A stretch of 62,669 bases of DNA, the filler included, from Scenedesmus sp. PABB004 (lineage: Eukaryota): NCBI GenBank assembly GCA_014905635.1. It is 5 parts of 5 records of this genome, joined end to end, with 100 filler letters (N's around TTAATTAATTAA, not from the genome) between each part and the next. Parts side by side here need not be neighbours in the genome. Positions count along the whole stretch, not along the records: positions 27,843 to 40,691 come from JABVCE010000070.1; positions 40,792 to 52,093 come from JABVCE010000071.1; 3 more parts are not named here. One strand, 5' to 3'. The notes under the pieces are model-generated. The model made no database searches, was not told the DNA's origin, and worked only from the letters and a program-made list of their open reading frames with translations. Positions 35,105 through 47,900 of this stretch are shown here, in pieces; position 1 is the first letter of the stretch; every line of letters begins with the position of its first letter. The position numbers and the translations under genes are program-made.

Positions 35105-35669
35105 CCGCGAGCGAGCGAGCACTGGGGCTTGAACTGAGCTGCAGGACGCGTTACTCTCGTACTGACTCGCCGCTCCGCACGCTGCGGCCCAGCCCGCGCG
35201 CCGCAGCCGACTCTCGCAGCTGCGGCGGGGCAATCACATGCCATGTTTTCGCTGTGCGTCCACCCATGCGCCCGTGCCACCAGCGCGCGCGGCCGTGTCA
35301 CCAGTCGCGCCCGCCGTTTACTCTAAACCTAGGAACCCCCCGCCCGAGGCCCCCGGGGTCTGGGCCGCGCCCGCACGAAGCGCACGCGCTGCGCCCCTGC
35401 GCATGCGCTTCAGGCAGGGCGCCCGCACACGACGCCCGCGTGGCGGCGTGTCGCGCAGGCTGCTGGCGCCCGCCTCGCTCTGTACACGTACACCCCAAGC
35501 CGCCCAACCTACGCTGCAGTGCAGAAAAAAATGGGGGTGGGGCACACGTTGGTGTCTTTCGTCACTGCTCTACTCAACACACGCGCACACGTCAGCAGCG
35601 GCTGCCACAGGGCCGGCTGCGCCGGCCAACAACCCCCTCCCCCGTGCCCCCCGCGCGCGCACCGCACGC

Positions 35670-38600
35670 CTAGGCGCGCAGCGCGCGCGTCGCCGCCGCC
35701 GCCGCGGCGGCGCGCAGCGCGGGCGGCTGCAGCGCGCGCGTCGCGGCAGCTGCGGCGGCGCGCTGCGCCGCCGCGGCGAGCTTGTCGGCGACGATGGCCT
35801 TGAGCCCCTCCACCAGTCCCGCGCCGCGCTCGGCCTTTGGCGTGTAGATCCACGCGCGCTCCTCGGGCGTGCAGCGCGCGAGCCAGTCCCAGACCTCGGG
35901 GTGGCTGTTGCTCATCACGATCGCGGGGTGGGGCCCCTCCGGCAGCGCCGCGAGCATGAGCAGGTCGTTGCCGCTGTCGCCCGCCGCGACCGCGTCCTCC
36001 AGCGCGATGCCGTACCGCGCGGCGAGGTAGGCCATCGCGCGGCCCTTGCCCGCGTGCGCGCTGATGCAGTCCACGTAGCGCCACTCGCCGCCGATGGAGC
36101 TGATGAACTGCGCCGCCACGCCCGCCTCGGCCAGGCCCGCCGCCCAGCGGTCCATGAACTCGCCCAGCACGTCGGACCGGATCTGCAGCGACACGCGGTG
36201 CGGGTGCTCGCTGCCGTCGTCGATCATCGACGCGCGGTCCTGGAAGCGCTGCATCAGCTTCGACGCGACCGCCTGGACCTGCGCCGCGGCGACGCGCGCG
36301 CGGGCGGCGCGCGGCGGCGGCGCGCGGCGCGCGGGCGGCGGCGACGCGTGTGGCGGCGGCGCAGCCACGGCCGCGCCCGCTGCGCGGCGCCGCCGCCGCG
36401 CGCGGCGCGGCGCGCACCGTGCCGAGGTTCCAGCCGTCGTCGAGGAGGCGCGCGCGTAGGCCGTGTCGGGCACCCAGGCCCGCGTGGCGACGTCGTAGAG
36501 GAAGACCTTGGTGCCCACGGCGGTGATGATGGCGGTGGGCCAGGGCATGATGGGCCCTTCTTGGCGAGCAGGCCCTCGACCCATGCCGATGGAGCGGCCG
36601 GTGTTGAAGACCAGCACGCCGCCGCGGGGCGCGAGGTACTGGCCAAAGTGCTGGCCCGCGAGCCAGGTGAGCTCGTCCGCCTGGCGCACCCAGTCGTTGG
36701 TCTCCGCCTGGTCCTCAATCAGCGTGCCGTCCAGGTCGGTGCACTGCCGGGCGCAGCGCGCGGCGCGCGCGCGCGCGCGGGGCGGCGGGTCGGGCGCGCC
36801 GCTGGCCAGCGGCGCCACGCGCGCGGCTGGCTCCGCGCCAGCGGCGGACGCCGCCAGCATGCCACGCGCCGCCCCGCCCCGCACCAGCATGAGCGGCGGG
36901 ATCTGGCTGGCGTCGTCGAGGCGCAGCGAGCCGTGCTTGAGCCGCCACACGCCCGGCGCGCGCGCGTGTAGTGCCGCGTGCCGGGCGGGTCGCGCTCGCC
37001 GCCCCCCGACGACCGCGCCCGGCATGGAGCCGAAGCCCACCTCCTCGTCCAGCGTGGAGATGGTCGACAGGCTGCTGCTGCCTCCCAGCTCGCGCCGACG
37101 ATGCTGAACTCCAGCACCGCGTCCGGCGTCGGCGCGTGCAGCTGCGCGACCATGAGCCCGCTGCAGCCAGGCGCGTGGTGCATGCGCAGGCGGCGCACGG
37201 GCTCCTGCGCGCGCAGCGTGGCGTGGCGGCGGCGCGGCGGCGGGCGGCGGGTCGGACCGCCCCCGCTCGGGCGGCTGCCGGCAGGCGCGGCGCGGGGCGG
37301 GTGCCGTGCCGCGGGCGCGCGGCGCGCACGGGCGAGCCCTTGAAGGCGTAGAAGAGGTGCGCCTCGCTGAACTGGGTATGGTAGAGCAGCTTGAACGTGG
37401 GCGGCGGCGGCACGCGCAGGCTGTTGACCTGCTGCCGCCCGGCAGCACCTCCACCGAGAGGTGCGCGAGCACTGCGTACCGCGCCGGCGCGACCAGGCCC
37501 GACATGGGCGCGTAGACCCCGCGGGTCGCTCACGGCCGCGTTGACCAGGAACCGAACGTGTGGTGCCCCGGCTGCGACGACGGCGCGGGCGGCTCGGGCG
37601 GCGGCGGCACCGGCGGCGGCGGCGGCGGGCGCGCGCCCGCCGGGGCGCGGGTCGGCGCGCGCCCCAGCGCCGCGCGCGCCGCAGGGCCGCCGCTCACCGG
37701 CAGCGCCACGTCGCAGTGGTAGGCGCCCGTCCGCCGCCAGCGCCATGGGATGACGACCTGCCGCCCACGCGGCGCGCTCAGAGGCCGCGGGGGCTGCGCA
37801 CGGGTCGCACGGCGCGGCGCCGCAGCTGTCCGCGCCCCCGCTGCCCCACGCGCTGCTGCTGCCGCCGCGCACCTGCCACGCGGTGAAGCTGCCGATGAGG
37901 TGCACCTGCTCCTCCGCGCCGCGGGGGCCGGCAAAAGGCGGCGGGGAAGCTGAAGCGCACGAGCTTGCGTCCGCTCGTGCTGTTGTTGACGCAGCCCTGT
38001 TGCGGCGGCGACAGCACGCGTCGTCGGCCGCCCTAGGCCCTCTCGCGCGCCGCACGACTGCGGCTGCCGCGCGCGCTCGAGCGCGCCGCGCCCCCTGCCG
38101 CCGCACCTGGCTGTCGGCCACGGCCGCGTCGGCGCGCGAGAGGTGCCACTTGCCGTCGACGTTGAACTTATACGACAGTTCCTGCGGCGCGGCGGCGCGC
38201 GCCGCGCTCGGGCGCCGCCTGCGGCGTGCGCGGGCTGCTGCACGCGCCGCGGCGCCGCCGCGCGCCCGCCGCCGCACCCCGTGGCCGCCGTCCAGCTCGA
38301 GCACGATGCCCGCCTCGCCGCTGGCCGGGTCGGTGGGAAGGTCGATGTTGTGCATCCAGTCGTTCCACGACCCTGCGCGGGGCCCGGATCAGCCGCGGTG
38401 CGCGCGCGTGGGCGCGGGGTCGCTGCTCTTGCCGCCGCTCGCCGCCGCGCGCGCACCGCGCAAGCTGCACGGGCGCGGAGCAGTAGAAGTCGTCGTGACG
38501 TGAAGGGCACGTACTTTTTGCGGCCGCCATGCAGGGCCACGGCCTTGCCGGGCTCCGGCGAGGGTATCTGCTGCGGCGGCGCCGCGCCCGGCGGCAGGCG

Positions 38601-38731
38601 CAGGGGCAGGCCCGCCACGGGATCCCTGGTGGCCCAGCACGCCACGCGACGGCCGGGGCCGCCCAGGCGCGGAGCCAGGCGCGGTCCCGGCCGAGCGGAG
38701 GCCCTCGGCAGTCCCGGCTCGCGCGCAGCAT
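35670..38731 (-). CDS. Sucrose-phosphate-phosphatase-like HAD-IIB hydrolase with N-terminal carbohydrate-binding modules (paralog B)
   Basis: SYKFNVDGKW...GCVNN, VHLIGSFTAWQ and FKLLYHTQF, then CTDLDGT, FNTGRS, AIITAVGTK, EHPHRVSL, AGKGRAM and AGDSGNDLLML. Start codon uncertain. Confidence 0.86.
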
Positions 38732-39004
38732 GGCGCTGGGTCAGCGGGTCACGCGGCCATCGCTGCCATCGATCAGGATCAGAGAAGCGCGCACGGGCGG
38801 GCGCGGGAGAGTGGGGTGGCAGGGCGAGGCAGCGGGGGCACGGCGGCGGGCGACGCGCAGGGTCTGGTGAGTCCTGGCCAGGTTTTTCGCTGGCCTTGCC
38901 ACGCGCCGACTACATCCATCCAGTCAGCTCCGATCGGGCCAGCGCTGCGGCTGCCTGCGCTTCCGCTGCGCTGCCGCCGCTGCCGCCGCCGCGAACGTTC
39001 TAGC

Positions 39005-40691
39005 ATGCGCAGCCTCGCCAGCACGCCGTCCCGCCATCCCAAGCTCGGCCAAAGTAACTCTGGCAGCTCCGCCGCGGCATGGAGGCTGCGCGCGGCCTGC
39101 TGGCCCGCGTGCGCGCACGCGCGGCGCCGGCGGCACCGGCGCAGCGGCAGCAGGCCGGCGGGCCGAGCCACCTGATTGTGCTCGTGAACGGCCTGTTTGG
39201 CGGCCCCGCCAACTGGGGACGTCACGTGCGACGCGCTGCGGCGGGAGCTGCGGGCCGCGGTGCTGCTCCACCCGTCCGCCGTAAAACACTCGGTTCGCCA
39301 CCTACGACGGCATAGACGTGTGCGGCGCGCGGCTGGCCGACGAGGTGCGCGGCGTCGGTGGCGGCGGCACCCGTCGCTGACGCGGCTCAGCATCGTCGCG
39401 CACAGCATGGGCGGCCTCATCGCGCGGCATGCGCTCGGCGCGCTGTACAACCCCGGGTTAGGGACGGTGTGCGGCCTGGCGCCGGCGCACTTTGTCAGCA
39501 TCGCGAGCCCCCACCTCGGCTGCGACGCAGACGGCGTCGCGCAGGTGCCGTTTGTGGTGGACTGGCGGGCTGCCCCTGGCGGTGGCCCCCTCTACCGGCG
39601 GTGCTGGCCGACATCGCGGGGCCGACCGCGTCGCTGATCTTCCGCGCCACGGGGCGGCAGTTTTTCATGCTCGACGGCACCACCACCACACACGCGCGGC
39701 GGCGCCGACGCCGGCACGGCCCGCCTGCCGCTGCTGCTGCAGCTGACCATGGACTGCCCCGACCGCGGCCTCTATTTCTACTCAGCCCTCACGAGCTTGA
39801 GAGCGCGCACCTGCTACGCGAACACAGGTGCGGACGCGCGCGCGCAGCAGGCTCAGCGCCGGCTGCACAGCCTCCGACCCCCGACCCCCCCCCCCCCCCC
39901 TCCCCGCTGCGCAGACGCGACCACCTCGTGGGGTGGGCCAACTCCTCGCTGCGCGCGGCTCGCGGAGCTGCCGCCGCTGCCGCCGACGGCGTCGGCCGCC
40001 CAAGGGCGTGGTGCTGGAGGACCCGCTGGCGGCGGCGTTCTTCCCGCGACACCTGGGCGCGCTCTGCAGGCGGCCTGGGCAGCAGCAGCAGCAGCAGCAG
40101 GACGGGAGAAAGGCAGCCTGGCCGCCGCCGCGGCAGCTGCGATCAGTCAGCCGTGCCAGCCCAGCACGGCGTGGCGCCAGGCTCCCCAGCACAGCGGTGC
40201 CGGCTGGCACGAGCTGCAGAACGGTCGAGCGGCGCGCGCGCGGCGTCAGCGCAGCCGGCGGCCACCCCTGCGGAGAGCGGCGATGAGCTGGTGGCGCTCG
40301 CGCCCGCGCGCGGCGGCCCCGCCGACGCCGACGCCGACGGCGCAGCGCCCGGCGGACGCCGTGCCAGCTGCGGCGGCGGCCGCCGCCCGAGCAGGACCTG
40401 GCGGCGGGCCTGGGGGCCGGGCACGCCCGCGGCGGCCGCGGCGACGCGGACGGCCGTGCGGCGCTGTTGGCGCGCATGCTGTCCAGGCTGCAGGAGCTGC
40501 CTGCTCGCGCGCGCGTCGACGTCTCGTTCAGCGGCGCGCCGGTGGGGGCTGCCGCACAACAACATCCAGGTCACGCGACGCTGCTCAATTTCGAGGGCGC
40601 CGCCGTGCCTGCGCACGTCGCGCGCGAGCTCGCCCTGCTCGAGGCGCTCGCGGCGCCTGCGGCGCCGGCGGCAGCGGCGGCCGGCGAGGTG
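39005..40691 (+). CDS. DUF676 putative serine esterase/lipase, runs off contig end
   Basis: HLIVLVNGLFG, TYDGIDVCGARLADEV, nucleophile motif IVAHSMGGLIAR, FVSIASPHLG, TGRQFFMLD, RTCYAN and DHLVGW. Confidence 0.88.
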
Positions 40692-40791
40692 NNNNNNNNN
40701 NNNNNNNNNNNNNNNNNNNNNNNNNNNNNNNNNNNTTAATTAATTAANNNNNNNNNNNNNNNNNNNNNNNNNNNNNNNNNNNNNNNNNNNN
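40692..40791. other. Artificial contig linker
   Basis: 44N-TTAATTAATTAA-44N. Confidence 0.99.
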
Positions 40792-41834
40792 GCCGCCGAC
40801 CCCGCCCTGCTGGCGCAGCAGCTGCTGCATCTTGTGCAGAAACTTGTGCACCAGCAGCAGCGCGCCGGGGTCGGTCAGCATGAACTGGCCTGCGCCGCGG
40901 CGGGCGGGGACCGCGGTGTGGCGTCAGCGCGGCGGCGGCCTGCGCCCGCTGACGCCTGCGCGCGCGCGCGGCCCCCGCCGTCTACGCGCCCGCCCGCCGC
41001 GCGCCTGGCGGGTAGTTGGTTCGCGCGCTGGGCTTGATGCGCGTTGCCGCCCGCACGTCGTAGGTCAGGCGCGCCAGGAACAGGTCGTCCAGCCTGCAGG
41101 CGGCGGGAGCGGCGGTGAGTGGCGGCAAGCCCTTGCCGCCGCGGCTGCGGCGGCTGCGCGGCTGCGCGCGGCCCGCACCTGCCGACGTAGCGCTCCTTGC
41201 CCAAGACGCACACGCGCACTTTGTACACGCGCTTGTTGAGCTTGGAGTTGAACTCGGCGGTGATGGGATGCCCGGGCTGCTCCCGCCGCAGCTGGGCGCC
41301 ATCGCCGCGTCGCTGCCCTCGCCCTCCGAGCCGCCCCCATCCCGCAGCGCATCCTCAGCCGCCCCGTACTCCATGAACGGGGTCCGGCGCGATGCCGCAC
41401 GGCCAGTGCAAGTACGCGCCGCGCGCGCGGGGCCGGGCGCGCGCCGAGGCCGCAGGGTCAACCGGCGTGCCGCTAGGGATCGGCGGTGTGGCGGCGGGGG
41501 CGGCGGAGCGACGCGTGGACGTGGGGGAGCATGAACCCGCGAGTGACTCCGGTGAACACGAACCCGGTCGGCGGTGGCCGGCGGCGGGCTGCACGCGCCC
41601 ACCTGAAGCGTCTCAGAGGCCAAATCAGGCCAGTTCGCGCGGCTCAGCTGCCGCCGATGGGCATCGCGCGCAGCAATGTCACTAGCTTTGTCCTCGGTGA
41701 CGAAGGCTTGCCCCCGCGCCCTGCAGCGCCGCGCGCGCTCGTCTGACGAGCCACGCCGCATCCAAGCGCGGCGTTGCGTCCGACGCGCCCAGCGCGCGGG
41801 GCTTGAGAGAGGGCAGCGAGAGAGGGCGGCCCAT
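40792..41834 (-). CDS. Divergent AP2-domain-like protein, 3' end beyond contig start, start uncertain
   Basis: Spliced ITAEFNSKLNKRVYKVRVCVLGKERYVGR/LDDLFLARLTYDVRAATRIKPSARTNYP follows the AP2 pattern. Upstream AFVTEDKASDIAARDAHRRQLSRANWP resembles the end of a second AP2 repeat. Confidence 0.55.
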
Positions 41835-41985
41835 GGGGGCAGTCGGCGGCGGCGGCCGGCGATGACGGCGCTCGAAAGCCAACTGTTCACGCGCGCCCCT
41901 GCTCGACCCGATGCCCCACGCACCAGCGCCCCTGCTCGCTGCTGGCCCGCCGCGCCGCGCCACGCCGCGCCACGCCGCGCCGCGC

Positions 41986-44900
41986 TCACGCGCCCGGCCG
42001 CGCCGCGCGCTGCGCGCCTGAGAGCAGCCGCTGCCGCGCGCGGCGAGTGCCTTGTGCGCCGCCGACGGGTCCTGGGCGCTCACCTGCGCCAGGCAGGCGT
42101 CCAGGGCCGGCACCACGGGCGCTGCCGGCGGCGCCGCGCGCGCTCGCGGGCCGCGCTGCGGCCGCAGCGAGCGCCGCCCGTTGCGCGCCGCGTCGCGCGC
42201 GCGCCGCCTCCAGCAGCGCGAGCAGCGCCTCCAAGCACTTGACACGCAGCGCTGCGTGGCGGGCAGCGGCGGCGCCGCGCAGGGTGGGTGCGGCCCAGCT
42301 GCCGTGCCCGCCGGCCAGGGCCGGGTGGCACCAAGCGCAGGCGCGCAACAACAGCCCGCCGGGTGGCCGGAGACCGCGAGCCGCAGCAGCCGCGCGCGCG
42401 CGCGCGCGCGCGCCCGCGCGCCCGCCGCCCACGCCCACACCTGCGACACGGTGCTGTGCTGCAGCACGTGGGCGAGGCCGCCCGCCAGCGGCACGCACGC
42501 GCGCTCGGGCCACGCCGCCGCCCGCGGCGCTCGTGCGGATGAGCGCCGCGGCGAGGCCCACGCCCGCGAGCCAAGAGGCCCACGGCAGCCCGGGCGCAGC
42601 CAGCAGGCCAGACAGCGGCTCGACGACGAGCGGGGCAGCGCCCCCGCGCTGGGCTGGTGGCAGCAGCCCCCATGCTGACGTCAAGGCGCTGCGCGTTGGC
42701 GGTGCAGCGAGCGAGGGTGGTGAGCGGTCCGTTTGCTCACAGCGCACCCGAAAGCAGCCAGCACGTGCGCGTGATTGCCTGCGGCGCACCTGCAGCTCTC
42801 CGCCAGCGGCAGGGGCTTGGGCAGGTCATCCGGCGCCGCCTCGGTGCTGCTGCCGGTTGCGCTGGTCGCCGCGTCAGGGGGCTTGGAAGCCGCTGCCAGC
42901 TGCTGCTGCAGGGCCTCCAGCAGCGGGGGCGCGACCACGCCCCAAACCGCACCCCCGTCGATGGCCTGCTGGGCCGGCGCCCCAGCCGGCGCCGGCCTGC
43001 AGAGCGGCGCGAGCGCGTCCAGAACCGTCTGCAACCCCACCAGCGCAGCTGCACGGAAGGCAGTCTTCTTCTTAGCAGCACACGCCAGCAGCCCGCCCAG
43101 CAGCTCACGCATGCCCGTGTCCGCGGCCAGGCTGGCACTGCAGCTGCTGCCCAGCGCCGCCAGCGCGGCCAGCAGCGACTCCTTGCCCTCCCACAGCCGG
43201 CCGCCGCTGACCTCCGACAGCAGCAGCCCCGCGAGAGCAGGGGCATACGGCGACAGCTGCGGGCCGGCCACGCCTGCGAGCTCCACCAGCGCCTGCGCGT
43301 GCCGGTGCGCAGCCAATTGAGCTGACCACACGCAAACGCAGCCCCGGGGCGCACGCTGAACCTCAACCACTGCAGCTCCTGCGGCGCGGCGCCCACCTGC
43401 GCGGCGGCCTTCTTGGCGCCCCATGAGCTGCTGCTGACTCCCCCAGCGATCAGGGCCGCCACCTCGCCAGCGTGCAGCCGCAGCGCCGCCGGCTCGCTGG
43501 GGCAGCCCTGGGAAGGGGCAAGTGTGAGGGCCAACACTCGCAGCCGTGGCGCTCGCGTCGGCGGCTGCAGCTCCGCCCACGGCCCAGCGTCGCACCTGGG
43601 TCCATACTGCCGCCCAGGCCGACGCCCACGGCGGGCGCCTCGTCGTGCGACGCCAAGAACGCGACCGGCAGCACCTGAGCGCACAAGGGCACGCGGGTGA
43701 GGCCGCGCGCTGCTCGCAGCGGTGCGCCGACATGCGCCGACGCGCCGCGCGGCGCAGACCTGCGGCGCGTAGGACGCAAAGCCGTCGCTGCTCTCCCGCA
43801 GCAGCTCCCGCAGCAGCAGCCGCCCGCCTGGCGCTCCGCTCGTCGCGCGAGCCCAGCTCCTCCGCGGGCGGGCCTCGCGCCTCGACCACGGCCGTGCCGG
43901 GCGGCCCCGGTGCGGCGCGGCATGGCCAGCGCCGCAGCGCCGTAGCTGGCCAGCGCCCCGGCGACAAACGCGTCGCGCCGCTTGTCGCTGCTGCACCGCA
44001 CCGCCAGCGCAGCGGCAGCCGCCGCGTAGCTGCGCTTGACCGCCGCGCTCGACTCGCCTGCCACGCCCGCCACCAGGGGCTTGAGCAGCTGCGGGGCTGA
44101 AGGGCGGGCGGGCCAAGGGAGCGGGCGGCGGTTGGGCGGCGCAGTGCGCTGCGCTGCGCTGCGAGTGCTTGGCAGGACTGCGCCTGACCGTCTGCTGCGC
44201 ACGCGCGCGCCCCACCCGCCGGGCGCAGCTCTTGGCCCAGGCGTGACGCCATGTTGCGGATGAAGGCGGCGGTGCCGACCTTGGTGGACAGGCCCACGCC
44301 TGCGGCGGCAGCCGGGTGGCAGCCGGGGGCGCGTGACCGCCGTGTGCCTTGCGCCTGTTGGACCACCCCCCTGCCCTCGAGGCCTCACCGCGCCGCACCA
44401 ACCCCGCCAGCCCTGGCGCCAGCTCGACGCCTGCAGGGCCGTTGAGCGCACGCCCAGCGGCGTCCAGCGCCTGCGGCAGTATTGGCAGCGCTGAGTGAGG
44501 GGGGCTGACGAGGCGCGCTGCAGCAGCGGTGCTGGTGCGTCGGCATGCCGCCGCAGCGCAGAGTGCACGAGCCAGCGTTCACTCAGCGCGCACCTCCGTG
44601 AGGCTGCTCGCGCGAGCCGCTGCCAGGCGCGCCGCGGCCAGCTCATCTGCGTCCAGCCCAATGGCACCGGCGTGCTGAGGGCGCACGCGGCGGCAGCAGG
44701 CAGGCGGCGGCGGCACTGCTGAGTGGGCGCGGCGGCGGCCAGCGTGGCGGCCTGCTGCTTGCTGGGCCCTCGGGGCCAGCACGCAGCACACGCCCACCTG
44801 CTCCACGTAGTTGAGCCGCGCGTCCTCCAGCCCGCTGAGCGATTCCAGCAGCACAGGCACTACCACGGGCAGCACCGGCAGGATCTGGGCTGCGCCGGCG

Positions 44901-47900
44901 CTCTTCAGCGCGCCGACGACCACGTCCGCGGCGACGCCGCGCACCTCTGCCACGCTGCTCCCCAGGCCTTGCGTGCCGGCCAGCAGCGGGACGACTACGC
45001 CCACGCAGCCAGCCACATCTGCGGAGCGACGGCAGGAGCCGAAATGCTGGACGCGCGCCCGCGGCCCGCCACCGCTGCCGCCGCGTGCGCACAGCGCGCC
45101 TGCAGCCCCCCCTGCCCCCCCCCCCCAAAAAACCTGCGGCGGGGCTCTGCGCCACGTCCATGATGCGCAGGCAGGTGCCCCGCAGCGTGGCCAGCAGGCT
45201 GGCGGCGCTGGCGCGCACGCTGTCCTTGACGTCGTCGGCAGCGCGCAGCGCCATCACCCACAGCTGAAGCGAGGCAGGGGCGGCACGTCAGCGGGGGCGT
45301 GCCCTCCCGGGCTGCCGCAGCGCCCCTGCCCCGGCCGGCCGTGGCTGCTGCCGGGCCGTGCTGAGCCCCTCGCACGCCCCACCTGCTCCATGTGGGGGGC
45401 CAGCTGGGGCCAGCGCCGCCCGCTCAGCAGGTCGGTAAGGCCCGCGCAGGCGGCCTGGCGCGCGCGCCACATGCGCCCGCCGGCGTCAGCGAGCAGGGAC
45501 CTGCGGCGCGCGGCGGCAGCCCCCGCGTTGGCAGGGGCGCGCTGCTGGGCGGCTGGCCACGGCGCGCCGCCCCGGGCGCAGGCGTCACGTCGTGAGGGCG
45601 TCGTAGTGCGCGTCCAGCGCGGCGCGCGGGTCGTCGACCAGGCTCGCCCAGATGGCCGTCATGGCGTCCGCCACGCGCGGGCTGGGGTCGTGCGTGAGCC
45701 GGAACAGCTTGGGCAGCAGCGCCGCCATGCGCTCCGGCCCAAGCAGCGCCGCGAGGTTGCCGTGCTGCCCGCCGCCCGCCGTGGCGGCGAGGCGCGCAAT
45801 GCGCGCGACGCCCACCGCGGCGCCGCGCTTGGCGCTGAGCGCTGACGACGCACGCGCGAGGTCCATGAACCTGCGGGGCGCACCCGGCGGCGGGCGCAGC
45901 GGCAGCGGCAGGCGTTGTCGACCCCAAGCCCTCAGCCCCGCACGCGCCGCCGGGGCGCGGGCGCCGACCTGTAGATGAGGTCTGGCTGCCCCAGCTCGTT
46001 GGCGAGGCCGCAGAGCTCCCGGTACGTGGTCAGGCTGCCGCCGCCGGGCACGCTGCCGAGCTGGCCCTCCTGGAAGATCTGGCTGTCCCCGACGACCTTC
46101 ACGCCCGCGCTGCCGCCCGCCCCGGTGCCGCGCTGCCCTGCAGCAGGCCCAGCAGCTGGCCCAGGAGCTGGCCCTGCAGCGCTGCTCCCCCGAGGCTGTA
46201 AACCAGCGACACGCCCCGCCGCCGCCAGCTCCTGCGTGAGGTCGTTGGAGTCGCCGAGCAGGCCAGTGAAGGTGGCCTGCAGCCGTGGCAGCTGCGCCGC
46301 GAGCACCGCGCTGTGGCGGCACAGCCCGAGCAGCGTCACCAGCAGCACCGCAGCCGCGCAGCGCGCCTCCTCGCGCGGCGAGGTGGCGAGGCTGGTGAGC
46401 TCGCGCAGCAGCAGCTCCTGCGCTGCGCCGCGCGAGCTGCGCGCGTCGGCGTCGGCGGGGCCGCCCCCCGCGGCCGCGTCCAGGCCAGGCAGGGGCCCTG
46501 CCACCGCGTCAACAGCGTCGCCGAGGCTTTCGGTGCTGCTCCACAGCAGCACCTGACTGGTGCCGGGGGGCATGTCGCCTGCCGTCGCCGCTGCCGCCTC
46601 GCCCAGGGCCAGTAGCACCTCCTCGCCGAGGCCCTTGGCACTGCACAGCTCCAGCACCCCTGCGGCAGCGTGGCGGCGCGCACCACGGCGTGGTCAAGTC
46701 GGCTGCCAGCGCTGCAGCGCACACACCTGCGCACACAGCCGCGCGCGGCACCGCACACCGTGTGCCGCAGCCGTGTGGACGGCGCCATCGCTGCTACCTG
46801 CCGCAACGTTGCCCAGGGCAGCGACAGCCCGAAGAGCTGTGCGGCTGTCTTTGGTGCGGGCCAGGCCCAGCAGCTGCCCCAGCAGGCCACCCGGCGAGGC
46901 GACGCCGCCGCTGGCGCTGCCGGTGCTCGCGCTCGGTGCAGCCGCTCCGCCGGCGCTGTCACCGAGGAGGCCGGGGAGCTCGCCGCCGCTCAGGCTGACA
47001 AAGCCCAGCGCGGCCGCAGCACCACTCGCGAGCATGAGCACGGAGCCGCTGCTGCTGCCGCTGCCCCCTGCCGCGCTGTGGTGCGCGAGCTGCTGCTGAA
47101 GCGCCGCCACGGCTGCCTGCTGCAGCTCAGGCGCCAGAACTGGCGCGCTGCAGCTGACTGCGCGGGCGACCAGCAGGCCTGCGCGCGCGGCGTGAGCAGA
47201 GTGTGCCGCTGGTGGGGCGGCAAGGGGAGGGGGGTGCACGGGGAGGAGGAGATGCGTGCTGCGCCCCGCAGCGCGCGCAGCGCACCAGCCGCCAGCAGGG
47301 CGCCCTCCTGCTCTTCAAGCTTGGAGCTGCTGCCGCCCTCGCCCTTGCCCGATGCCGCGGTGGGCGGGAACGCCGCAAGCAGGCGCTCCAGCAGCGCCGC
47401 CGCCGCCGCCGGGTCCGCGGCGCTCGCGCTGATGGCCGCGAGGCGCGCCGCCGCGAGGCGCACCGGGCCGTGGGCGTGGCTCAGCCACGAGAGCACCCAG
47501 CCCTGGCGCGCCCACAGCCTGTGCAGCGACGCCCCGTGCGCAGGCGCGTCAGGGCCCACCCGCCACCGCCCCTGGCGCGCTGGGCCGCCGCCCGGCGTGC
47601 GCCGCACCTCTGCTGCAGCGCGGCCACCTCCTGCTGCCAGGCGCCCGCCGCGGCGCCAGTCAGCCAGGGCGCGGTGCCGCCGGCCAGCTCCACCAGGCCC
47701 TCCAGCGCCGCTGCCGCAGTGGCCCGCTCCGCGGCGCGGCAGGCGAGGCCCTCCAGGAGCAGCGCGTGGCCCTGCACCGAGTAGGGCGCTGCGCTGCCCT
47801 CGCCACTGTGGGCGCCACCGCCCGCCGCCGTCGCCGACGCGCGCAGGAAGGCGATGAGCTCGCGGCAGCCCGCGTCGGGCAGCGGCAGCGGCCTGCGGCG

